The position numbers and the translations under genes are program-made. From Dehalococcoidia bacterium (lineage in GTDB: Bacteria > Chloroflexota > Dehalococcoidia > GIF9 > AB-539-J10), in the NCBI GenBank assembly GCA_030603265.1, contig JAUVYD010000001.1, forward strand, positions 1 through 34,639: DNA of 34,639 bases, given 5' to 3'. Within the stretch, counting starts at the first letter, position 1, and every line of letters begins with the position of its first letter. The notes under the pieces are model-generated. The model saw only the letters and a list, made by a program, of their open reading frames with translations. It was not told the DNA's origin and made no database searches. This document shows positions 16,885 to 25,761 of the stretch, piece after piece.

Positions 16885-18219
16885 CTACTTGATCATCTGG
16901 CTCGGCAGCCATGTGATGATATCAGGGAAGATTACGAACAGTATGAGAGCGATGGCAATGAGCCCGATGTAGGGTACGACTCCACGAATGATGTGCATGG
17001 AATCAATCCCCTGCTCGGGCGTCGTAACCGCCTTCAGGAAGAAGATGGCATAGGCGAATGGAGGGCTGAGGAACGACATCTGCAGATTCACAATAATCAT
17101 CATTGCGAACCACAGGGAGTCGAAGCCTACCACCTCCGCGATAGGCGTCACGATGGGAATCATGATGAGGACTATGCCAATCCAGTCGATGAACATCCCC
17201 ATGATGAACACCAGGAACATGACCACGATCAGGGCGCCCCACTTGCCTCCGGGGACGGAGAGCACGAAGGTCTCGACGACCTTGCCGCAGCCCAACCCGA
17301 GGAAGATGCTCGTGAAGAAGGTTGCGCCAACGACGACGATGAAGACCATGCTGAAAGTGTGTGCCGTGTTGAAGCACGTCTCCTTGATGACCCTGAAGTT
17401 GAGACTGCGGTACCCTGCCGCCATCACGATGGAAGCGAGCGCACCGACCGCTGCCGCCTCTGTCGGTGCCGCGATACCCGCGAAGATGCTGCCCAGCACT
17501 GCAAGAACGAGTACTATCGGAGGAAGCAGCGATGTGAACAGCAAGCGAATCTTCAGGCCCCACGGAGCGGTCCTTTCCTCGGGGGGCAGAACCGGCGCCT
17601 CCTGGGGTCTGAGGGCACAGCGTGTGAGGACATATACCGTGTAGAGAGCGGAGAGGGTCAGCCCTGCCGGGAAAGCTGCCATGAACAGCTTGCCCACGGA
17701 GATACTCGCCATCGGGCCGTAGAAGATGAGCATGATGCTCGGAGGAATCAGGATTCCCAGCGAGCCCCCTGCGCAACAGGCGCCAGTCGCCAGTTCCTTT
17801 GAGTACCCGCGTTCCAGCATCGGTGGGAGGGCGATGAGGCCGAGCATCGTGACGGATGCCGCGATTACCCCGACCGTCGCTGCAAGTACGGTGCCGAACC
17901 AGATAGTGGCGACTGCCAGGCCGCCTCTGAGGCCGCCCAGCCAGAGGTATAGAGTGCTGAACAGCTGTTTTGAGACACCTGAGCGCTCCACCATTATGCC
18001 CATGAAGATGAACAGCGGCACGGCCAGGAATGTGTAGTTCGTTGTGATGCCGAACAGTCTGTCGTAGAAGAGAGAGAATATCGTGGGGTTCCAGAAGACA
18101 AGGCCCGAGACGAGCGCGACACCGCCCAGTGCAAGGCCAAGAGGAAAACCACTTGCGACAAACGCAAGGAGCAGGACGAGCATGACGACGGTGATTACCT
18201 GAGGGCTTGCGTCTATCAT
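16885..18219 (-). CDS. dctM: TRAP transporter large permease subunit (DctM family)
   Basis: A 444-aa polytopic membrane protein with DctM-like segments throughout. ATGA overlap with the dctQ stop. Confidence 0.9.
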   Translation of the reverse strand: MIDASPQVITVVMLVLLLAFVASGFPLGLALGGVALVSGLVFWNPTIFSLFYDRLFGITTNYTFLAVPLFIFMGIMVERSGVSKQLFSTLYLWLGGLRGGLAVATIWFGTVLAATVGVIAASVTMLGLIALPPMLERGYSKELATGACCAGGSLGILIPPSIMLIFYGPMASISVGKLFMAAFPAGLTLSALYTVYVLTRCALRPQEAPVLPPEERTAPWGLKIRLLFTSLLPPIVLVLAVLGSIFAGIAAPTEAAAVGALASIVMAAGYRSLNFRVIKETCFNTAHTFSMVFIVVVGATFFTSIFLGLGCGKVVETFVLSVPGGKWGALIVVMFLVFIMGMFIDWIGIVLIMIPIVTPIAEVVGFDSLWFAMMIIVNLQMSFLSPPFAYAIFFLKAVTTPEQGIDSMHIIRGVVPYIGLIAIALILFVIFPDIITWLPSQMIK

Positions 18220-18731
18220 AGCTCTTCACCCCTCTTCAGCTTGTACAGGTCGCGGATGACCCATCCCAGCGTGGTGAGTACCCACAGGGTCAACGCCAGC
18301 ACGAGCATCCAGCGATAGGGCCACAGTATGGGTCTCCAGAAACCGACTTCCGAGAACTCGCTAATAGTGAAGGAATACATGGCGCGAGGGATGGCACGTT
18401 GCAGGAGCATGGCGAAGAGGGGGAAGAACAGGAGCACGTTGAGCACCGCGTCGACGATAGTCTTCATCTTCGGGGAGTAGCGAGTGTACAGAATATCGAC
18501 GCGTACCTGCTCTCTGCGCACCGTTACCCATGCCATACCCATGAGCATTATCGTGCCGCCCAGCATGTAGCTGATATCGAAGGCCCACACCGTCGGAGCG
18601 CGGAACAGGTACCTCATGAAAGTATCGTATGTGAGCGCGAATATCAGCACGAGAAGGAGCCATGAGACGGCTTTACCCGCCCACACGCTCACCTTGTCCA
18701 CTGCGTCCAGAAACGATTTTATGAAATTCAC
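18216..18731 (-). CDS. dctQ: TRAP transporter small permease subunit (DctQ family)
   Basis: A 171-aa, four-TM protein lying between dctP and dctM. GTG start. Confidence 0.85.
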   Translation of the reverse strand: MNFIKSFLDAVDKVSVWAGKAVSWLLLVLIFALTYDTFMRYLFRAPTVWAFDISYMLGGTIMLMGMAWVTVRREQVRVDILYTRYSPKMKTIVDAVLNVLLFFPLFAMLLQRAIPRAMYSFTISEFSEVGFWRPILWPYRWMLVLALTLWVLTTLGWVIRDLYKLKRGEEL

Positions 18732-18777
18732 TCGATTTTATGCCTCTATTGCGGTGAGTAGGGAACACGGAATTGCG

Positions 18778-18803
18778 AGAGAGGCCCCCGAGGGGGCCTC
18801 TCT
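18778..18803 (-). promoter_or_regulatory. Intercistronic GC-rich hairpin between dctP and dctQ
   Basis: 11-bp stem AGAGAGGCCCC / GGGGCCTCTCT with a 4-nt loop, in the 90-nt dctP-dctQ spacer. No U-tract follows it. Confidence 0.5.
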
Positions 18804-18821
18804 GCAGCAATAGACGTTTGC

Positions 18822-19943
18822 CTAACCTCCGTAGGTCATGAGGTCGGGATCGGGTTGGGCGAATGCCTTGAAGTCTCTGTATGCCGCGACGAAGTCGCGC
18901 TGGGACTCAAGTACCTCGGCGAAGAACGCGTCCTCCGCTGCCAGGTCGTTGTACATGTTGTTCGCCAGGTCGACGATGCTCTTCTGCACGTCTTCCGGCA
19001 GGTACACGAACTCGGTACCGTAGTCCTTCAGGCTCTGCATACCTAGCGTGTCCGCGTACTCAACCATCACCCACGAGCGCATGAGCTCCGCCTCGGCCGC
19101 CTTGCTGACGATTGCCTGGAGCTCGGGGGACAGCGCATTCCACTGGTCCTCGTTGATGAGCAGCTCGAATGCGGCCTGTGGGGCATGGATGCCAGGGCCA
19201 TGGACGTACGCGCCCAGCTCATGGAAGCCAGCGTTCCAGTCAACACCTGGAGTGCTGAACTCGAAGGCGTCGATGACGCCTCGCTGCATCGACTCGTAGA
19301 TCTCACCGCCGGGCATTGTGACGACTGCGGCGCCGGCCTCGTTCAGCATCTCACCCCAGATGCCGGCTGTCCTGAATTTCATGCCCTTGAAGTCGTTCAT
19401 GCCCGTCACCGGTTCGGCGAACCAGCCGAACAGCTCGGCGGAGGTCATGCCTGAAAGCATGGCCTTGATGTTGAGGTCCTTGCGGTCATACATCTCCTGC
19501 CACAACTCCGCGCCGCCGGCCTCGTAGTTCCAGACCATGAATTCCGTAGGGCCGGTGCCGGCCGGGTACAGGTTGAACAGGTCGCCTACAAGGCCGATCT
19601 CGCTCGTGTGGTAGTGCGAGCCGGTGTAGCAGGCGTCGAGTACGCCCTCATGGACAGCGCGCATCTCCTTCAGTCCGTCCACGATTGAGCCGCCGGGGTG
19701 CACCGTGACGTTGATGCGTCCGCCGGTCATCTCGGTGATGGTCTGCCCGAGGTTGTCGCAGGCCTTGTACATCACGAAGCCCGTTGGGAACGGGGTCTGA
19801 AGGCGCCATTCATGCGACTCTTCAGTCGGGGCCGCCTCTTCCTCCTCAGCGGGCGCTGCTGCCTCAGGAGCGCAGCCGACAATCACGAGACTCGCGATTG
19901 CCATGACTGCTACCATCAGCACAAGTAGCCTCTTGCCTTTCAA
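18822..19943 (-). CDS. dctP: TRAP transporter substrate-binding protein (DctP family; COG4663-like), lipoprotein
   Basis: TTG start at 19941-19943 lies 5 nt after GGGAGGTG. Signal peptide with lipobox IVGC, followed by an A/E/P-rich linker. The mature domain is DctP-like. The longer ORF to 19994 has no SD. Confidence 0.88.
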   Translation of the reverse strand: MKGKRLLVLMVAVMAIASLVIVGCAPEAAAPAEEEEAAPTEESHEWRLQTPFPTGFVMYKACDNLGQTITEMTGGRINVTVHPGGSIVDGLKEMRAVHEGVLDACYTGSHYHTSEIGLVGDLFNLYPAGTGPTEFMVWNYEAGGAELWQEMYDRKDLNIKAMLSGMTSAELFGWFAEPVTGMNDFKGMKFRTAGIWGEMLNEAGAAVVTMPGGEIYESMQRGVIDAFEFSTPGVDWNAGFHELGAYVHGPGIHAPQAAFELLINEDQWNALSPELQAIVSKAAEAELMRSWVMVEYADTLGMQSLKDYGTEFVYLPEDVQKSIVDLANNMYNDLAAEDAFFAEVLESQRDFVAAYRDFKAFAQPDPDLMTYGG

Positions 19944-20011
19944 CGTTTCACCTCCCTTTTGATCTGTGGTTGCGGCACACCAATGGCCTCGCAACCTGTA
20001 CGTATATGGCT

Positions 20012-20040
20012 ATGATAGACATGCTGTGTGCATACGTCAA
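20012..20040 (-). promoter_or_regulatory. Sigma70-type promoter for the TRAP operon
   Basis: The minus strand reads TTGACG-17 nt-TATCAT, about 65 nt upstream of the dctP TTG start. Confidence 0.5.
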
Positions 20041-20051
20041 GCACTGAAGTC

Positions 20052-20077
20052 ATTCCGTATGCAGGGTGGCACGGAAT
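20052..20077. promoter_or_regulatory. Inverted repeat ATTCCGT-N12-ACGGAAT just upstream of the TRAP promoter -35 (candidate regulator site)
   Basis: Perfect 7-bp arms at 20052-20058 and 20071-20077. The repeat is centred about 60 nt upstream of the predicted TSS. Confidence 0.35.
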
Positions 20078-20318
20078 TGCAACTGGGGAGCCCCTGTCGA
20101 AGACCTGACGAATCTGAAGCAGAGGACAACTCTTCACGCCGGGGTCTGAGAGGGCAGTGCCGCGCCATCGCTGCAGACCGCCGACTTGCGGGCAGCGCCC
20201 ACAGGTACCCGCAGTGCTGTGGTGATGTGTGCCCCGGCAAAGAATCCGCCCTGCACAAAGACCGGTTGTGCGTATTCTTCCCTGCAGGGGCCACTTGAGG
20301 GCGTTTGTCTCTACCGCG

Positions 20319-21236
20319 TCATGCGGGCTGTCGCGCGGAGCGTAGCCGTGCGAGCACCTGACCCCATTCGCGTTTTTCCCACGTGACCAGAAGCGGCCCG
20401 GCGATGAACATCGAACTGTATGTTCCCACCAGCAGCCCCAGGAACAGGACGAGAATGAAGTAGTGGATGGTGGCGCCGCCGAAGAGAAGCAGAGCCACAA
20501 TGACGCACAACGTCGTGAGGGATGTGTTGACCGTGCGCACAAGCGTCTCCACCAGGCTGCAGTTGACCGTTATGCCAAGGTCATGGCTGATGCCCTTCGC
20601 CCGGTTCTCGCGGATCCGGTCGAACACAACAACGGTGTTGTTGATGGTATAGCCGACGATGGTCAGCAGCCCTGTGATGAACAGAGCATCCACTTCCACT
20701 CCTCTGAAGTGGCCGAGCAGAGCGAAGAATCCTGCCACGATGAGGACATTGTGGATGAGCGCCACGATCGCGCAGGCCCCCCATTTGAACGGACTGGGCA
20801 TGCGTCGGAATGCCCACGCTATGTAGAGCAACATGGCTGCTGACGCCAGGAGCATGGCGAGCCCCGCCTTCTCTGCGGTCTCGGTAGCTACTGACGGGGA
20901 AACCGTGTTGTAGTCCATGACTGTGACCGAGCTTCCGAGCTCCGATTCCAGCGTTGTCATCAGGTCTTCCCGTTCCTGCGGCGACAGCTGCTTGAGACGG
21001 ACCAGGTAGTCATCGTCGCTACCCTGAATCATCGCCTCCGTATGCCCGAAATCCCACACGGCCTGTCTCAATGCCGACTGCTCTACCTGTGGCTGGAAAT
21101 GCAGGGTCATGGAGGTCCCACCGGTGAAGTCGATTCCGGGACGCAGACCGAACGTAATGAGAGCCATCACCGCCACGAGGACCGCAATAGCGGAACCAAG
21201 AAAGAACCAGTGTCTCTTTCCCACGAAATCAATCAT
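20319..21236 (-). CDS. secF: Protein translocase subunit SecF
   Basis: MIDFVGKRHWFFLGSAI.. N-terminus and six-TM SecF topology. ATGA overlap with the secD stop at 21233-21236. Confidence 0.93.
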   Translation of the reverse strand: MIDFVGKRHWFFLGSAIAVLVAVMALITFGLRPGIDFTGGTSMTLHFQPQVEQSALRQAVWDFGHTEAMIQGSDDDYLVRLKQLSPQEREDLMTTLESELGSSVTVMDYNTVSPSVATETAEKAGLAMLLASAAMLLYIAWAFRRMPSPFKWGACAIVALIHNVLIVAGFFALLGHFRGVEVDALFITGLLTIVGYTINNTVVVFDRIRENRAKGISHDLGITVNCSLVETLVRTVNTSLTTLCVIVALLLFGGATIHYFILVLFLGLLVGTYSSMFIAGPLLVTWEKREWGQVLARLRSARQPA

Positions 21237-22567
21237 GACTTCACTCCGTATGCTCGCAGGCTGGTGGCCATCTTCGTCGACACAAGGACTCTCAGGAATG
21301 TCCTTGTCATGACGATAGCAGTGAACATGCTCACGGCCACGCCTATGGACAGGGTCAGGGCGAAGCCCCGTACCATGAATGCGCCGAACGTACCACCGAG
21401 CCAGAAGAGGATTATGCATGCTATGAAGGTTGTGATGTTGCTATCCCTGATGGCTGACCATGCACGGTCGAAGCCGATCTCTACCGCCGCAGCCAGCGTC
21501 CGGCCGGCGCGCAGCTCCTCTTTGACGCGCTCAAAGATGAGGACGTTTGCGTCGACGGCCATTCCCAGGGAGAGAATGAAGGCGGCGATGCCGGGCAGTG
21601 TCAGCGTGAGCTGAGCGGAGAAGACGTTGAATATGGCCAGCAGCATGGCGCCGTATATTCCCAGGCTGACGCAGGCCACAATGCCTGGAACCCTGTAGTA
21701 GACAATCATCAGTACCAGAAGCATCAGGAGTCCGACACCCGCCGCAAGGAGGCTCTTGCGTATCGAGTCAGCGCCCAGCGTCGCGTCCACGTCTCTCTGG
21801 TCGATTATCTCCAGGGGCACGTCGAGTGCGCCCGAGTTCAGCTTGTTCACGAGGTCGGTTGTCTCGTCGATTGTGAACTGTCCCTCAATCTGGCCCCGGC
21901 TGCTGATTACGGAGTTGACCATGGGGGCTGAGATAATCGCGTTGTCCAGCGCGATTGCGAGGGGCATCTGGATGTTCCGGGCCGTGATCTGTTCGAAGAG
22001 ATGAGCCCCCTCGCTATTCCACTCGAAGACGACTATGGGCGCGCCATACTGGTCGAAATCCTGACCTGCACTCTTGAGGTACTGGCCGGTGAGCTCGCGC
22101 TCGTTCCCATCCGTGCCCTCGGCCGTTGCGGCCTCTTCCGTGAACGAGTAGTTGCCTTCGCTGTCCAGCACCGGGTTGCCGCTTGAGTCGACCTCCAGCT
22201 CCCGGAAATAGAGCAGGCCGGTGTCTCCAATGAGACTGATTGCCCTGCTGATGTCTTTCACACCGGGGAGCTGCACGAGGATACGGTCGGTGCCCTGCTT
22301 CTGAATTGTCGGCTCCGTAGCTCCGTACTCGTTGATTCTTCGCTGAATCTTCTCGATCGCCGACGCCATTGCCTGCTCATTGGACACCGAGGGGTCTTTC
22401 TTGCTCAAGTCCGCCTCATACAGCAGCTGGCTGCCTCCGCGCAGGTCCAGTCCCAGTGTCAGTCCCCCCGGCCCGAGAAGATTGGAGTTGACCGGGACTA
22501 TTGACACCAGCGACAGGCCCAGCAGAACCACAATGAATGCCAGGAGCACGATATCTCTTCTTCTCAC
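21233..22567 (-). CDS. secD: Protein translocase subunit SecD
   Basis: N-terminal TM, periplasmic domain (LGLDLRGG..), and a C-terminal six-TM domain. GTGA overlap with the cca stop. Confidence 0.93.
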   Translation of the reverse strand: MRRRDIVLLAFIVVLLGLSLVSIVPVNSNLLGPGGLTLGLDLRGGSQLLYEADLSKKDPSVSNEQAMASAIEKIQRRINEYGATEPTIQKQGTDRILVQLPGVKDISRAISLIGDTGLLYFRELEVDSSGNPVLDSEGNYSFTEEAATAEGTDGNERELTGQYLKSAGQDFDQYGAPIVVFEWNSEGAHLFEQITARNIQMPLAIALDNAIISAPMVNSVISSRGQIEGQFTIDETTDLVNKLNSGALDVPLEIIDQRDVDATLGADSIRKSLLAAGVGLLMLLVLMIVYYRVPGIVACVSLGIYGAMLLAIFNVFSAQLTLTLPGIAAFILSLGMAVDANVLIFERVKEELRAGRTLAAAVEIGFDRAWSAIRDSNITTFIACIILFWLGGTFGAFMVRGFALTLSIGVAVSMFTAIVMTRTFLRVLVSTKMATSLRAYGVKS

Positions 22568-24108
22568 TTTGCAGTCCTCACAGTGACATGTTCCCTCTCG
22601 ACAGCCTTCTTGGCCAGCTGAAGCGCTTCCTCTTTCGAACAGACGAGTCCAGCGGCTTGCGCCTCACGTATCGCCTCCAGCAGTATCCCGACTTCGGGGC
22701 CGGGCCTGAGATCGAGCGAACGCATGAGCTGATGCCCGTCGATGAGCTTGGATGGAGCGGCTACCGCTTCCTGTCGCCGATGCTCCGCAATGATGAATCC
22801 TATCAGGTCGCAGACGTTGTGCCATTCACTCATGGTGAACAGTGGCCCCCTGCAGGCCAGGTAGTCTGCCATGGCTACATAGAGAATGCCGGGGCCGGTG
22901 CCCCTGGCGTCGCGGAAGAACCTGTAGACGGCACGGGCCGTTGGCAGGCCCTCGTTGGACAGCTGTGCCGGACGAAGGTGATGATAGACCAGCATCTCGA
23001 CATAGGCTGTCTCCTTCTGGCTGAACCTGAGGCGCTCCAGGATGGACCTTGCGACTATGGCGCCCTCCTTGGAGTGTCCCAGGAAACGCGCGCGCCCCGA
23101 TTCGTCGAGTGTCTTGGTCTGTGGCTTGGCAACGTCGTGCAGCAGACAGGCCAGCTTTGCCAGTGTCCCGCGTGACGTTCCGCCTGACAGGGTGCCTTCA
23201 AGGTGCATCTGACAGCCCGGGTCATCGGGAACGCAGTCCAGCATCTCGTCGTTGCCGAAACGCCATTCACTCTCCCCCGCGACGTACTCGAAGGTTGCGA
23301 CGGTCTGAATGGAGTGTTCGAGCACGTCCCAGAAGTGACACGTGGGCTGTTCCACATCTCTGCATTCCTCCAGTTCAGGAAACAGAGGCGCCAGGAGACC
23401 GAGGCGGTCAAGGTAGTGGATGCTGTCGGCTGCCTGTGGCAGAGACAGGAGCCTGAGTAACTCCTCGTGTGTTCGCTCTCCTGCCACATCACGCACGCGT
23501 TGGCACGACGCTGATATCAGCGATTCCGTAGCGGCATCCATCATGAAAGCGAGTTCGTGGGATAGCCGAACAGCACGCAGCAAGCGCCCCGGGTCCGCTT
23601 CGAATACATCGGGATTGCAGGCTCGCAACATGCCGGCTGCCAGGTCATGGAGTCCCCCGTAGGGATCCACTGCGTCCCTGGCGATTCCCGGGGATGCTCC
23701 CTCCGGGCTCGTCATCTGAGCGGCGACTCTCGCCGCCGGGACGGCAATGGCGTTGATGGTGAAGTCTCTCCTGGAGAGGTCGTTGCGGATATCATGCTCG
23801 TACCCGACGAAATCGATGATGGTCGACGTGTCCTGCGGGTCCGTGGTCAGATCCGGGGGTAGTACCACCCGCGCGACGCAGTGCTCCTCGTCGAGTGGCA
23901 CGTATGTGCCGTGCAGCGCCCGTGACAGTTCCTGTGCCACCGCGAACGGCTCACCCTGAACCGCTATGTCAAGGTCGTGGCATGGTCTTCCCAGAATACT
24001 GTCTCGGACGAATCCCCCGACGACGAAGGCCGGGTGCGCGGCAGTATCTGCAGCTTGAAGCACACGGACCAGCGAGGCACACGAATATGTGCATACAGGT
24101 AGGGGCAT
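22564..24108 (-). CDS. cca: CCA-adding tRNA nucleotidyltransferase with C-terminal HD domain
   Basis: Pol-beta nucleotidyltransferase motif GGFVRDSILGRPCHDLDIAV, RRDFTINA, and an HD motif (LLHDVAKP). Confidence 0.88.
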   Translation of the reverse strand: MPLPVCTYSCASLVRVLQAADTAAHPAFVVGGFVRDSILGRPCHDLDIAVQGEPFAVAQELSRALHGTYVPLDEEHCVARVVLPPDLTTDPQDTSTIIDFVGYEHDIRNDLSRRDFTINAIAVPAARVAAQMTSPEGASPGIARDAVDPYGGLHDLAAGMLRACNPDVFEADPGRLLRAVRLSHELAFMMDAATESLISASCQRVRDVAGERTHEELLRLLSLPQAADSIHYLDRLGLLAPLFPELEECRDVEQPTCHFWDVLEHSIQTVATFEYVAGESEWRFGNDEMLDCVPDDPGCQMHLEGTLSGGTSRGTLAKLACLLHDVAKPQTKTLDESGRARFLGHSKEGAIVARSILERLRFSQKETAYVEMLVYHHLRPAQLSNEGLPTARAVYRFFRDARGTGPGILYVAMADYLACRGPLFTMSEWHNVCDLIGFIIAEHRRQEAVAAPSKLIDGHQLMRSLDLRPGPEVGILLEAIREAQAAGLVCSKEEALQLAKKAVEREHVTVRTAK

Positions 24109-24117
24109 GGGAGCCGA

Positions 24118-25596
24118 TTATAGCCCCGCGCGTGGGCAATTGTAAAGCAGACGGGGTGTCCTGCTAGCGGCCGAAGCGCGGTGCCGACCGACCAGCGCGA
24201 TCGCCCGGGCGGCGCGCGCCATTGTGGGAAACACAGGCACGCCTGCCTGCAGCAGTTTCGACTCGGCCTCGATGCGCTCGATCTCCGTCGACCCCGGAGG
24301 CAGCACGAGCACGAATGGCTTCCTGCACTCCTGCCGCAGCCTCGCGAGAAACGCATTGATGTCTGCCGTCTCATGAGCGCTGAGGAAACTGAGCATGATA
24401 TCCATGTCTTCCTGGATGACGATAATCTCAATGGCTGGCTCTTCCGCGACGAGGCGTATGGCCTGGAAGAGGGTGTCGAGTCCGCGGAACTGGGCAGGGC
24501 TCACGTCAACAGGGTTCCTCAGGATGCTGCCCACTTCGCCTAGCAGGGCCTTCAGGCTCTCTTTTGTACTCGGCGACAGCTCGGGGACGGCGAGGGCGTT
24601 GTCGTTGCAGGCATCGCTGCCCGATACGGAGATTCCGCCGCCTCCGTCGGCGAGGCCGCCGATAATGGCGACCTTCTCTGCCCGGAATTCGCCAAGTTGC
24701 TGCAGCAGGAGCAGGCAGTCGCTGAGCTCTTCGATACTGCGGGCCTCTATTGCCCCTGCCTGGCGCAACATCGCGCTCCACACAGGCGCCGAACTGGCGA
24801 GCGACCCTGTGTGTGAGAGCGCGGCAGCCGCGCCGGCGTCGGTCCTGCCACCTTTCCACACGACGGTTGGCTTTACCTGGCAGACGGCTCGAAGTGTGCG
24901 AAAGAGGCGTTGTCCGTCTCTCGTCCCCTCCATGTATGCCCCGACAGCGCTGGTCTTGCTGTCTGCGGCGAAGTACTCGAGGAAATCACTTGTATCGAGA
25001 TCGATGCTGTTTCCAACGCTGATACCTTTGCTGAACTTGATGTGACGAGCGATTCCGATCTCAACCAGCTTCGCCGCAATCCCTCCACTCTGGGAGATGA
25101 AGCCGATGCTGCCCGGAGAGCCGACCTTCCCCAGCAAAGAGGGGCCAAGTGGGATACGCGCCTCCGGACAGTAGCTCCCGATGCAGTTGGGGCCTACAAC
25201 GCGGAGGCCGGTTTCGCGCGCCCTGCGGAGCATCCTCTCCTCGAGTTGTTTCCCTTCCCGGGAGCCTGTCTCGCTGAACCCCGCCGTGAAGAACTGGACG
25301 ACTCGAGCCTTCTTCCGGATGCACTCCTCAATCAGGTCCAACACGGAGTTGGAGGGCACGGAGGCTATCACATAGTCAATATCACTCTCGATGGACGAGA
25401 GGCTCCGCGCGATTTCGAGTCCCGCCACAGTGCCACCGCGGGCGCTCACCGGATAGATAGTGCCCGTGTACCCGGCTGTCTTGAGACCGATGACCCACTT
25501 GGCCCCGGACTTTCTCTCATCTGATGAGGCTCCCACGACGGCTATTGAGCGAGGATAGAAGACGTGGTCGAGCTCGCGGAGTCTGTCTTCGAACAC
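24118..25596 (-). CDS. ADP-forming acyl/acetyl-CoA synthetase alpha-subunit-like protein (CoA-binding + succinyl-CoA-synthetase-like domains)
   Basis: FYPRSIAVVGAS CoA-binding N-terminus. Phosphohistidine loop LSHTGSLAS. GTG start at 25594-25596 lies 6 nt after AAGGAGG. There is no ATP-grasp (beta) domain. Confidence 0.75.
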   Translation of the reverse strand: MFEDRLRELDHVFYPRSIAVVGASSDERKSGAKWVIGLKTAGYTGTIYPVSARGGTVAGLEIARSLSSIESDIDYVIASVPSNSVLDLIEECIRKKARVVQFFTAGFSETGSREGKQLEERMLRRARETGLRVVGPNCIGSYCPEARIPLGPSLLGKVGSPGSIGFISQSGGIAAKLVEIGIARHIKFSKGISVGNSIDLDTSDFLEYFAADSKTSAVGAYMEGTRDGQRLFRTLRAVCQVKPTVVWKGGRTDAGAAAALSHTGSLASSAPVWSAMLRQAGAIEARSIEELSDCLLLLQQLGEFRAEKVAIIGGLADGGGGISVSGSDACNDNALAVPELSPSTKESLKALLGEVGSILRNPVDVSPAQFRGLDTLFQAIRLVAEEPAIEIIVIQEDMDIMLSFLSAHETADINAFLARLRQECRKPFVLVLPPGSTEIERIEAESKLLQAGVPVFPTMARAARAIALVGRHRASAASRTPRLLYNCPRAGL

Positions 25597-25761
25597 GCGA
25601 CACCTCCTTGCATAAGGGGGACCAGACGGGGATAGCGCGCAAGTGTACCAGACCCCGACCTCTGTGATTGCGGCTGCATCCACATTCGTCATGTTGAACT
25701 ACCACCCGCTGCCAGAGTAAAGTTGGCTCTTTGTTGGCATATCTGGAGGAAACTGAGAGTC

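Noticed and set aside
16837-17802. 321-aa Asp/Glu/His-rich + strand ORF, and the 408-aa alternative-frame minus ORF (17003-18229), both over dctM
   Set aside because: Both lie entirely within the clearly recognisable DctM membrane-protein gene. Long antisense and off-frame ORFs are expected at this GC content. Neither shows any translation signals.
19940-20542. 200-aa minus-strand ORF spanning the secF 3' end, the intergenic region and the TRAP promoter
   Set aside because: It overlaps the secF coding sequence out of frame and runs through the predicted promoter, 5' UTR and SD of dctP. The product is Cys/Arg/Ser-rich and does not look like a protein.
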